A DNA stretch of 64,000 nt from Nanobdellota archaeon (GTDB lineage Archaea > Nanobdellota > Nanobdellia > Pacearchaeales > GW2011-AR1), in the NCBI GenBank assembly GCA_038046005.1, contig JBBSXB010000008.1, positions 1 to 64,000 on the forward strand. The letters are read 5' to 3'. Below, piece after piece: positions 54,459 to 62,366 of this stretch. How positions within the stretch are numbered: the first letter of the stretch is position 1; the number at the start of each line of letters is the position of its first letter. The notes under the pieces were generated by a model. It was not told the DNA's origin. It did no database searches and saw nothing but the letters and a program-made list of their open reading frames with translations. A program made the translations under genes and the position numbers.

Positions 54459-54767
54459 ATGGCAATTGGCGCGACTATATTCATTATAATAATCTTGATA
54501 GCTGCTATCTGGATTACTTTAGAATTTAAGAGGGCTAGACATAAAATTTTTGCGATATTTTTGATAGCATTGATTTTGTTTACTTATTTTAGTTTTACAA
54601 CCGCAATTAAAGGAAAAAACATTGACTTGGGTTCAACTTCAGGAATGGTCAAAGCTGGGGGGTTGTATTTTAGCTGGCTTGGACACCTTTTTGGCAATGT
54701 TAAAACGGTAACTGCCAATGCTGTCAAAATGGATTGGAACAACAACAATAAAACTGCGGTGAAATAA
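54459..54767 (+). CDS. membrane protein (..VTxxAVxxDW family)
   Basis: two TM helices; W..HLFGN...VTANAVKMDW. Confidence 0.75.
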   Translation: MAIGATIFIIIILIAAIWITLEFKRARHKIFAIFLIALILFTYFSFTTAIKGKNIDLGSTSGMVKAGGLYFSWLGHLFGNVKTVTANAVKMDWNNNNKTAVK

Positions 54768-54807
54768 CATACTTCCAGGCCCTAAATGGTAGGGTATCTT
54801 AAAGAAA

Positions 54808-55011
54808 ATGGTAAAGAAAATTTATAATTATATTGGAATAGGTTTTTGGATAGGAGGAGGCGTTTATAGCTTGATAAATATGATTCTGAATCTTAAAAAC
54901 GCACCCCAAAGTAATATTTTATTTTATAATTATTTAATAACAGGGGTTGCTGTTTTAGGCTTAATTTTGAATATAATTTTAATTAAAAAAAGGGCAGGGC
55001 GTTCTTCTTGA
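54808..55011 (+). CDS. small two-TM protein
   Basis: 67 aa, two hydrophobic segments. Confidence 0.55.
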   Translation: MVKKIYNYIGIGFWIGGGVYSLINMILNLKNAPQSNILFYNYLITGVAVLGLILNIILIKKRAGRSS

Positions 55012-55017
55012 TCTAAA

Positions 55018-55215
55018 ATGAAATTTTTAATGTTAATATTCATGTTTTTTGTTTTGTCTGGTTTGTTAATTATAAGCAATAATAATCTGAATCTTGGCGA
55101 CCATGGAAAATTCCAGGAATTTGGCAGTTTGTGGATTAAATGGGCTGAAAAAATTTCTTCAAATTTAATTTCAGTAACAGGTCATGCTGTTGGTTTGGAC
55201 TGGAACCCTGAGTAA
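55018..55215 (+). CDS. small membrane protein (..VTxxAVxxDW family)
   Basis: W..KISSN...VTGHAVGLDW; similar to the C-terminal part of 54459-54767. Confidence 0.7.
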   Translation: MKFLMLIFMFFVLSGLLIISNNNLNLGDHGKFQEFGSLWIKWAEKISSNLISVTGHAVGLDWNPE

Positions 55216-55217
55216 TA

Positions 55218-55225
55218 TTTAAAAA
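55218..55225 (+). promoter_or_regulatory. TATA box for the micro-ORF array
   Basis: TTTAAAAA starting 29 nt before ATG 55247, the same spacing as aRF1 (TTTATAAA 6754, ATG 6783) and 48011/48040. Confidence 0.6.
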
Positions 55226-55246
55226 GATGAAAGTAGTATAATAAAC

Positions 55247-55386
55247 ATGGAAGGAGAAGGAGGATAAAAAGATGGGAGCAGGTGGCGGTTGTTAGAATGG
55301 GAGATGACTCAGACGGTGCACATTGATAGTAATTAAGATTAAATAAAATGGAGAAAATAAAGATGGGCGGGGATACTGGCTGTTGA
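55247..55386 (+). other. array of four Gly-rich micro-ORFs
   Basis: 55247-55267 MEGEGG; 55272-55295 MGAGGGC; 55297-55326 MGDDSDGAH; 55363-55386 MGGDTGC (or MEKIKMGGDTGC from 55348). Confidence 0.6.
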
Positions 55387-55409
55387 ATTGTATTTACAAA
55401 GTTATAATC

Positions 55410-55727
55410 ATGGCAAAAAAAAGAGTTAGAAGAAGAGTTAGGAAACCTGCTGGAAGAACTGTGAGAGAAGCTAGAGCTCTTGCACAAGCCGGAAGAACAA
55501 TTGCTAGAGTTCAAGAATCACCAAGAAGAAACAGAATGAAAATGGTTGTGAAAAATTTGATTTTGTTTGTAGTCTTGTCTATTCTTTCAACAGTTATAGC
55601 AAGCAGTTCAAGTGATGTAGTCGTGCAACAATCCTTCTGGATACTTGCAATACTTACAGGATTTGTTGCTGTGGCATTGCTTATTGTTGTTCTTGTTTTC
55701 CTATTTATGGGAAGAGCTAGAAGATAG
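55410..55727 (+). CDS. Arg-rich N-terminus plus two-TM membrane protein
   Basis: MAKKRVRRRVRK..; two C-terminal TM helices. Confidence 0.75.
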   Translation: MAKKRVRRRVRKPAGRTVREARALAQAGRTIARVQESPRRNRMKMVVKNLILFVVLSILSTVIASSSSDVVVQQSFWILAILTGFVAVALLIVVLVFLFMGRARR

Positions 55728-55810
55728 TTTTATTTTATTTTTTATTTATAATTCTTATAATTTAGTGTAAGGTTTATAAAATGGTTTTTGTATAAAATTT
55801 TGATTTATTT

Positions 55811-55879
55811 ATACCAGTAGCTCAGTCGGTAAGGAAAACTTTGTTGGATGAGCTTGTTTTCAACCGCCTGAGCGGGTAT
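55811..55879 (+). ncRNA. hairpin leader abutting the tRNA-Thr 5' end
   Basis: ATACC/GGTAT, GCTCAG/CTGAGC, CGGT/ACCG, GAAAAC/GTTTTC nested pairs; contains a 16-nt copy of tRNA nt 6-21. Confidence 0.55.
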
Positions 55880-55952
55880 GCCTGAGTAGCTCAGTCGGTA
55901 GAGCGTTACCTTGGTAAGGTAGAGGTCCCGAGTTCAATCCTCGGCTCAGGCT
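55880..55952 (+). tRNA. tRNA-Thr(GGT)
   Basis: GCCTGAG/CTCAGGC acceptor, TTACC-TT-GGT-AA-GGTAG, CCGAG-TTCAATC-CTCGG. Confidence 0.95.
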
Positions 55953-56000
55953 TTCTTTTTTAAAAGCAAGTCTTATAAATATTAATATATTGTACTACTA

Positions 56001-57029
56001 ATGAACAAAAGGGGAATGTCTGAAATAATAACAACTTTGATTATAATACTTGTTTCATTAGTTGCTATAACGGCTGTTTGGGTTGTGGTTAAAAATGTTA
56101 TAAATAGTGGATCACAAGAAATCTCTTTGGGAAAATTTACAATTAATCTTGAATTACAAAAAGTTGTAATAAATCCCGGATCTTTGGATGTAATTGTCAA
56201 GAGAAATGTTGGAACTGGAGACATAAAATCTTTTAAGTTCATTGTTTCTGGGGGGCCAAGCTCACAAACTTTTTCAATGCCAAATCCTGGACTGAATGAA
56301 TTGGAGACTAAAACATTCACACTTCCTTACACTGGAATTGTAAAAGAAATTTCTATACTCCCTATTCTGGATTCTGGTACATCTGGAAGTGCAATAACAA
56401 AAACATACACTGAAAATGAGATGTTGCAAAATTTAGGATTAGTCTCTTGGTGGAGAATGGAAAATAATCTTCAAGATTCTGTTGGTGCAAATAGTGGTAC
56501 TCCCCAAGGGGGAGGAGTGTCTTACCAAACTGGTAAATTTGGGCAGGCAGTAAACCTTACATCAAGTTCATACATCAGCGTTCCTGACAGCCTTAGCTTA
56601 AATCCTCAAAATGGGATTACAATTGCTGCTTGGGAAAATAGCCAATCCGGAGATTATCCAATAGTTGGAAAAACTAATTATACAAACGGCGTATTTTTAT
56701 ATGGTTACCAATTGACCTATGGTCCTGGCAAAGATCTACATTTTAGAATTGCAAGTTCTGATTTGGGCAGTGCGGGTGCTCCTGGAAGCAATTGGATACA
56801 TGTTGTTGCAACGTATGACGAATCAATGATGATATTGTATGCAGATGGTGTCTCGTTCAACACTAACATTAACACTAATAATATTTTAGACTCAACAGAC
56901 CCGCTTGAAATAGGCCATTCCGTTAGAGGACCATATTTTTTCAACGGAAAAATTGATGAAGTCATGATTTTTGACAGGGCTTTGACTGCCCAACAAGTTC
57001 AAGGGCTATACAACTACAGTTTTAGTTAA
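56001..57029 (+). CDS. archaeal type IV pilin-like protein with LamG (concanavalin-like) domain
   Basis: Class III signal MNKRG/MSEIITTLIIILV; GLVSWW..GKFGQA..WIHVVATYD..FNGKIDEVMIFDRALT. Confidence 0.88.
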   Translation: MNKRGMSEIITTLIIILVSLVAITAVWVVVKNVINSGSQEISLGKFTINLELQKVVINPGSLDVIVKRNVGTGDIKSFKFIVSGGPSSQTFSMPNPGLNELETKTFTLPYTGIVKEISILPILDSGTSGSAITKTYTENEMLQNLGLVSWWRMENNLQDSVGANSGTPQGGGVSYQTGKFGQAVNLTSSSYISVPDSLSLNPQNGITIAAWENSQSGDYPIVGKTNYTNGVFLYGYQLTYGPGKDLHFRIASSDLGSAGAPGSNWIHVVATYDESMMILYADGVSFNTNINTNNILDSTDPLEIGHSVRGPYFFNGKIDEVMIFDRALTAQQVQGLYNYSFS

Positions 57030-57038
57030 GAAAACTTC

Positions 57039-58667
57039 CTAAATTCTTTCTATATCAATTTCAAACATTGCTACAGGCATTCTGATTTTCCAGTTGTCAA
57101 GAATTTTTGGGTGAACCTCTCCGAGATAGCCAATTGGGTGATTATCCAATTTTATTTCAGCGACCCTTCCTTCTACGAAATGTGAAGGAATTGCACTTGG
57201 CTCTTTACATTCAATCTTTAAGTCCAACATTCTAAAAATATACTCGAGAATCTGCTTTGCTTCGGTGAAATTTCCTGGAGAAATTGCTAATGCAAGATTG
57301 GTTTTTTCAATTATTTCATTTTTATTCTCAAAAACTTTTCCAATTTCAAATATTTTCTGGGGATATTCGACATCTACATTTTCAGAGAGGTTTTTTAAGA
57401 GATAGTGGCTCAGATCTTTTCTTAAGATATTATACTCTGTTTTTGAATCTTTCAATTCTATAAGTTCTTTTTCCTGCTTTTCAGAAAAATCAGCTTTCAT
57501 TAATTGATCCTTTTTGGTTGTAAGGTGATAATTTGAAACTTCGAGAATTCCTAAACCTTGCATTATCTCAGAGATTTTTCTTTTTGTTACTTCTTTTTGG
57601 TCTTCTTCTCCTATTGTTGATATCTCTGGAAGTATTGGCTCAAAATTTTCATAACCATAAGCTATCGCTACTTCTTCAATTAAATCAACTTCATTCAAAA
57701 TGTCAACTCTCCAGGCAGGAATTTCCACTACTCCTTTGTTGTAATTGTGGCCCATTTTTTCTAAAAAGTTTTTTATGTCTTTTTCTTTAAGGTCCAGACC
57801 CAGGAGTTTATTTGTATTTTCTATTGAAATTTTCATTTTTTCAGGAGCAAGATCTGGCGTAATCTCTTTTTTTTTGTATAATAATTCCATTTGGTAAATT
57901 TTTCCACCCATATCTGCTAAAGTTGAAACAATTATATTAAGACATTTATTTAAAATTTTAAATTCAAAACCAGAACATTCTATGAAGACATTTTTTGTTT
58001 CTTGTGTTACTTTTCCAGTTAGCTCTGAGTTTATTATTGGTGGCATGCTTAAAATTTTATCTTCAGCATCGGTAAAAATAGGGAATTTTATTTTTCCTGC
58101 AAGCAACTTTGAATATTCTTTTCCCGCAGGGTGTTTTTGAAGAATTTCTAATCCTGACATCTCTTTGTTGCTTTCTAGAGGAATAAATTTTATTTTGTCT
58201 GGTTCCAAAGCTTTGTATGTTATTGGAAGTTTTATTTTTTCTAAAGGATAAATTCCTATTGCTAATTTTTTTCTTCTTCTTCCCAATGTTATATGGAGTT
58301 TTTCCTGCAAATCAATTATATCTTTTATTTTTTCATCATCCAAATCTAAATCTTTTACTATTGCACAGGCTGTGAATGGTCTTATTTCTTTTACAGATGA
58401 GTCTATTGTAACCTTATAGTCTTTTTCTGGCTTGTTAATTTTGTATTCTTTTAAGCCTGTTTTTTTGCCGAGAAAAGCTAAAAATGCTTTTTTGTATCCT
58501 TCATATGAAAGTAGATCTGGCCTGTTTGGAAAAATTTCAATTTCTAGCTCCCCATTATTTATGTTTTCTAATGGTGTCCCAAACATTGCAATTTTATTTT
58601 GCATTTCATCATCTAACTTACCTATTTCGCTTTCAAATTTTTTTCTGTTCAGTGTTATTATGGCCAT
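57039..58667 (-). CDS. pheT: phenylalanine--tRNA ligase beta subunit
   Basis: PNRPDLLS, IDLQEKLH..GR.R, LSMPPIINS, RVDIL..VDLIEEVAIAYGY. Confidence 0.96.
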   Translation of the reverse strand: MAIITLNRKKFESEIGKLDDEMQNKIAMFGTPLENINNGELEIEIFPNRPDLLSYEGYKKAFLAFLGKKTGLKEYKINKPEKDYKVTIDSSVKEIRPFTACAIVKDLDLDDEKIKDIIDLQEKLHITLGRRRKKLAIGIYPLEKIKLPITYKALEPDKIKFIPLESNKEMSGLEILQKHPAGKEYSKLLAGKIKFPIFTDAEDKILSMPPIINSELTGKVTQETKNVFIECSGFEFKILNKCLNIIVSTLADMGGKIYQMELLYKKKEITPDLAPEKMKISIENTNKLLGLDLKEKDIKNFLEKMGHNYNKGVVEIPAWRVDILNEVDLIEEVAIAYGYENFEPILPEISTIGEEDQKEVTKRKISEIMQGLGILEVSNYHLTTKKDQLMKADFSEKQEKELIELKDSKTEYNILRKDLSHYLLKNLSENVDVEYPQKIFEIGKVFENKNEIIEKTNLALAISPGNFTEAKQILEYIFRMLDLKIECKEPSAIPSHFVEGRVAEIKLDNHPIGYLGEVHPKILDNWKIRMPVAMFEIDIERI

Positions 58668-59068
58668 TTTTTATTAAAATAATTTGCATTATCTATCGGA
58701 CTGTCTAAATTATGATAATCAACAAGTATTTCTTTTCCTTTTGTGATATTTTTTTTGGCAATGAAACACTTTTTTCCTTTCATTAAATTTGGTTTTTTTG
58801 AATGATTTAAAAACCATAAAACATGCATTTTCTGGAAGCTCGGAGGGCATAAATAATCTTCTTCTCTTTGTACACAATATCTTTCACACATTTGATGTAG
58901 TTTTTTATTTTTCCTTGCGTCTTTAATTTTTATTAATCTATCTTTTTTATCATAAGGAAAAATTGTCCCATTTTTTATATTGCTATTTGCAAAAACTCCA
59001 ATCCCTTCAATCTTAGACGGTTTTAACACTAAATCCAATTCTCCAATAATATTTTTTTTATTTGCCAT
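58658..59068 (-). CDS. SET-domain protein-lysine methyltransferase-like
   Basis: S.IEGIGVFA, FLNHSKKPN, I.KGKEILVDY. Confidence 0.88.
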   Translation of the reverse strand: MANKKNIIGELDLVLKPSKIEGIGVFANSNIKNGTIFPYDKKDRLIKIKDARKNKKLHQMCERYCVQREEDYLCPPSFQKMHVLWFLNHSKKPNLMKGKKCFIAKKNITKGKEILVDYHNLDSPIDNANYFNKKWP

Positions 59069-59182
59069 TTATTTTTTCTCCTTGATTGCTTGAATCAGTT
59101 CATCAAACTTGTTGTTTATGGTTTCCTCTAGGCTTTCCAAAACATCTTTCATTTCGTCGAGTTTTTGAGCTATGTTTTCCAT
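59069..59182 (-). CDS. 37-aa coiled-coil-like peptide, missing from ORF track
   Basis: MENIAQKLDEMKDVLESLEETINNKFDELIQAIKEKK; fills the gap between its neighbours almost exactly. Confidence 0.55.
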   Translation of the reverse strand: MENIAQKLDEMKDVLESLEETINNKFDELIQAIKEKK

Positions 59183-59183
59183 T

Positions 59184-59534
59184 TTATCCTATTTGTTTTA
59201 TATTTAGTGGTTTGACTATTATTGCGCCGTTACAAGGCTCATTTTTATTCTCTTTAATATTTTTAATAAAACTAATCCATTCCTCACTTTCAGAATATTC
59301 AGCTAGCCCATCAATCTTATAACCTTTCCATTTATCATCCCAAACTGCTAAACTAATTTTTGGGTTTTCTTTTATATTATCAATTGTTTTTTTCATGTAA
59401 TTATTTGTAATTATTATTTTTTCATCTTTTATTTTTAAAAATGCAGCTACTGAAATGTTTGGTGTTCCATTTTTGCTAGATGTTGATATTGCTACTGGAT
59501 TTTTCTCAATTAATTTTTTTATTTTTTCTTCCAT
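59184..59534 (-). CDS. pyridoxamine 5'-phosphate oxidase-family FMN-binding protein
   Basis: ISTSSKNGTPN, KT..NIKENP.ISL..GYKIDG.A. Confidence 0.85.
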   Translation of the reverse strand: MEEKIKKLIEKNPVAISTSSKNGTPNISVAAFLKIKDEKIIITNNYMKKTIDNIKENPKISLAVWDDKWKGYKIDGLAEYSESEEWISFIKNIKENKNEPCNGAIIVKPLNIKQIG

Positions 59535-59535
59535 T

Positions 59536-61044
59536 TTATTTCATCCAAACTTTTGTTTTTCTTAGTTTATTTATATCATTTTTGTAAAGCTCTCTTAAAT
59601 CTTTAATTTGATAGTAATCCATAAGTATTCTGTCAAATCCTGGGCCCCATGCTAATACTGGAATGTGCTTTCCTAGCAAAGGAATTGTGACTTCTGGCCT
59701 AAAAATTCCTGCACCGCCTAACTCCAACCATGTTTTTTTCTCAGGATGCCAAACGTCGATTTCAACACTTGGCTCTGTGTATGGGAAATATGAGGGCCGC
59801 ATTCTTATTTTTTCAAATCCCATTTTCTTAAAAAATATTTTTAGATATCCCAACAAATGCCTGAAATTTACATTTTCAGCTATAACAATTCCTTCTGTTT
59901 GATTGAATTCAAAGCCGTGTTTCCAATCTAAGGTTTCATTCCTAAAACATTTTCCTATTGCGAAAAATTTCAATGGTAAATCTTTTTCTTTTAAACTTGC
60001 TAATGTTTGTGCCGATAAACATGTTGTGTGGGTTCTTAGCACTAAGGTTTTTGCTTCTTCTTCATTCCATCCATAATTCCACCCTTTTCCATTAACCCCT
60101 TTTTCATGAGCTTCTTTTACAGCCTTCACGATTTTTTTGTCCGGAAGCTCCGCCTTTTTTTCTAAAAAGAATGTGTCTTGCATTTCTCTTACAGGATGAT
60201 CTTGTGCAGTGAACAAAGCATCAAAATTCCAGAATGAAGTCTGGATTAAATTTCCAGACATTTCCTTGAATCCTAACTCTGTCCAAATTTTTCTTGCGTA
60301 GTCTGTTGATTGATTTACAAAATGTCTTTTACCTCCATAGATTGATGAAGTTGGGGAGGCAACACTATATCTCCTAAACCTTTTTTTCTTCCACAACGAA
60401 TCTTTTTTCAACATTTCAGGAGTAATCTGCTCAATTAAATCTTTTTCATCAATTTTTATCTTCAAAACTTTTTCCCCAAATTCTGTGATTTCTATTTTTT
60501 CTTTTTTTACCTCTTTTATTTCCACCATCTCTTTTCTGTCCTGAAGAGATTTTAATGTGTGTAACTGCTCTGAATTTAAAAGTCCAAATTCTGTGGGAAG
60601 GATTCTTAAAAGTGATTCTTCTGGGGTGTTTTTTGATATATTCTCATTTGAACTAAGTATTATCTTTCCATTTTTTATATCAATCACTGCCATTTTTTTT
60701 AAAACTCCCAATGAAGCTTTGAATTCGTCATCATTTAATCCTGAAAGTTTTTTGCATTCTTCTAAAGGAATTATTCTTTTTTCAGAGACTAAATGCAAAA
60801 GCCTTCTCTCTGGCAGGCCTTTTTTCCTATATAATGCTCCATTTACCCCTATTTCTATTATTTTTTTCTTTTCGTAGCTTATGTTTAGAATGCCTTTGTT
60901 TTTTAAATATTCTAAAGATCTTGTTACAGAAGTTTTGTCTAGGTTTGATTTTTTTGCTATTTCGCTTATATTTCTCTCTCCAATATGGGGCAGTATTTTC
61001 CTTTCATTAGGGCTTAGAGAGTCTATTAACTTGTTTATGTCCAT
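59536..61044 (-). CDS. pheS: phenylalanine--tRNA ligase alpha subunit
   Basis: FWNFDALF..QDHP.REMQDTF, LRTHTT, FRNE..D..H..EF.Q.EG, YFPYTEPS, GAGIFRPE. Confidence 0.97.
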   Translation of the reverse strand: MDINKLIDSLSPNERKILPHIGERNISEIAKKSNLDKTSVTRSLEYLKNKGILNISYEKKKIIEIGVNGALYRKKGLPERRLLHLVSEKRIIPLEECKKLSGLNDDEFKASLGVLKKMAVIDIKNGKIILSSNENISKNTPEESLLRILPTEFGLLNSEQLHTLKSLQDRKEMVEIKEVKKEKIEITEFGEKVLKIKIDEKDLIEQITPEMLKKDSLWKKKRFRRYSVASPTSSIYGGKRHFVNQSTDYARKIWTELGFKEMSGNLIQTSFWNFDALFTAQDHPVREMQDTFFLEKKAELPDKKIVKAVKEAHEKGVNGKGWNYGWNEEEAKTLVLRTHTTCLSAQTLASLKEKDLPLKFFAIGKCFRNETLDWKHGFEFNQTEGIVIAENVNFRHLLGYLKIFFKKMGFEKIRMRPSYFPYTEPSVEIDVWHPEKKTWLELGGAGIFRPEVTIPLLGKHIPVLAWGPGFDRILMDYYQIKDLRELYKNDINKLRKTKVWMK

Positions 61045-61168
61045 TTTTATAGAAGGTGTAAAGGGGTTAAAAAGTTTTGTTTTGGAAAATTTTACTTCTT
61101 AGAGTAAATATGTACATTTTATATTATCCGAAAAGTTTAAATAAGGATAATTACTTATTTTACTTAAT

Positions 61169-61393
61169 ATGACAAACATGACTTTAGCTATACCAAAAGA
61201 ATTGCATGAACTAATGAGAAAGCACAAGCAAATAAAATGGAGTGAGATAGCAAGGCAAGCAATTTGGGATCAAGCAAGAAAATTAGAACTAATGAATAAA
61301 ATTCTTTCTAAAAGCGAATTGACTGAAAAAGATGTTTTGGAAATAGGCAGAAAGATAAATGCAGGAATAGTCAAAAGACATGGCATTAAATGA
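61169..61393 (+). CDS. RHH-type antitoxin (VapB-like)
   Basis: MTNMTLAIP.EL...M..H..IKWSEIARQAI; ATGA-coupled to a PIN gene. Confidence 0.82.
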   Translation: MTNMTLAIPKELHELMRKHKQIKWSEIARQAIWDQARKLELMNKILSKSELTEKDVLEIGRKINAGIVKRHGIK

Positions 61394-61806
61394 AAATTGT
61401 AATAGACAGCAATAGGATTGTTGCTGCTTTGTTAAAAGACAGCACAACAAGAGAAATATTACTAAATAAAAAATTTGAATTTATTGCCCCTTCTTATGTT
61501 TTTAGCGAGATTGATAAGCATAAAGACTATATTATAAAAAAAGCTAAAATCCACACTGAAGAATTTAAAACACTGTTGTCTTTTATTTTTGAAAATATCA
61601 AGATTATTCCAGAATTAGAGTATAAAGAATTTATTAAAAAGTTTGAAAAGGAAATTAAGGACTATAATGATGTCCCTTATTTAGCACTATCTTCAGCGAC
61701 TGGTGCAAAAGGTATCTGGACTCATGATGCTCATTTTAAGGAACAAAGTAAGGTTAAAATTTACACAAATATGGATCTATTGAAATTTGTCAATAAAGAA
61801 GAGTAG
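61390..61806 (+). CDS. PIN-domain toxin (VapC-like)
   Basis: VIDSN, E, D.NDVPYLAL, IWTHDAHF. Confidence 0.88.
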   Translation: MKIVIDSNRIVAALLKDSTTREILLNKKFEFIAPSYVFSEIDKHKDYIIKKAKIHTEEFKTLLSFIFENIKIIPELEYKEFIKKFEKEIKDYNDVPYLALSSATGAKGIWTHDAHFKEQSKVKIYTNMDLLKFVNKEE

Positions 61807-62286
61807 TTAATCAGTCAAAAGTTCTAGTGTTAAGGAACTAGTCATCCAGGTAGGCATTCCAAGGACCAAAGCTAGGGATTTTAGGTCATAGAGATCTTTT
61901 TTCTCTTTGCTTACAAATACCATTTTCAATCTGTTTTTTTTGCATAACTCTATGTTTTGCCTTATTCTTGCAAATATCTCTATTTTTTCTCTGTCTCTTG
62001 AATTTAGAATTTCATCAAGATTTATTCCTATAACAACATTTGATTTTTTTGCCTCTTTTGCCATGACATTGTCCAAGCCAGAGTTTCTTTGTTTTTGAAA
62101 GTCTTTTCTTCCTTTTTGGTTTATTAAAAGAACATTTATCTTTTCCTTTTCAAGAATTTTTCTTGAAACATCTTCATCGTCACTTGAGAAAATTATAGAA
62201 TTGTTTTTATCTTTGCTTTGTAAGTGCTTTTTTATTGCATTCCTTGCTTTCTCAAAAGTGTTTTCGTGGATAAGTATTGTGGGCAT
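61807..62286 (-). CDS. RNase P subunit Rpp30-like protein (short)
   Basis: SRKILEK..NVL...RKDFQKQRNSGLDNVMAKEAKK.NV.IGI..NIELCKK..DLKSL..LGM. Confidence 0.75.
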   Translation of the reverse strand: MPTILIHENTFEKARNAIKKHLQSKDKNNSIIFSSDDEDVSRKILEKEKINVLLINQKGRKDFQKQRNSGLDNVMAKEAKKSNVVIGINLDEILNSRDREKIEIFARIRQNIELCKKNRLKMVFVSKEKKDLYDLKSLALVLGMPTWMTSSLTLELLTD

Positions 62287-62366
62287 GATGTAATAAAGTT
62301 ATGATATTTTATAAACTTGATTGACGATAAACTTTTAAACGTAAACAACTTTGATTTTTCGTTAAA

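Noticed and set aside
54280-54489. 69-aa ORF in the track (also 52911-53279)
   Set aside because: Overlaps a tRNA gene on the opposite strand
55227-55241. ATG AAA GTA GTA TAA (MKVV) as a fifth micro-ORF
   Set aside because: It lies between the TATA box and the predicted start site and lacks the Gly-rich pattern
55247-55386. Micro-ORF region as a mini CRISPR array or a stop-codon-recoded gene
   Set aside because: There are no identical repeats with spacers and no cas genes; the units are in different frames and use all three stop codons
55811-55900. Upstream D-arm copy as the 5' exon of an intron-containing or split tRNA-Thr
   Set aside because: Its would-be acceptor strand (ATACCAG) cannot pair with CTCAGGC, and the downstream tRNA is already complete
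61169-61806. VapBC pair as a novel system
   Set aside because: Ordinary RHH-PIN type II toxin-antitoxin organisation
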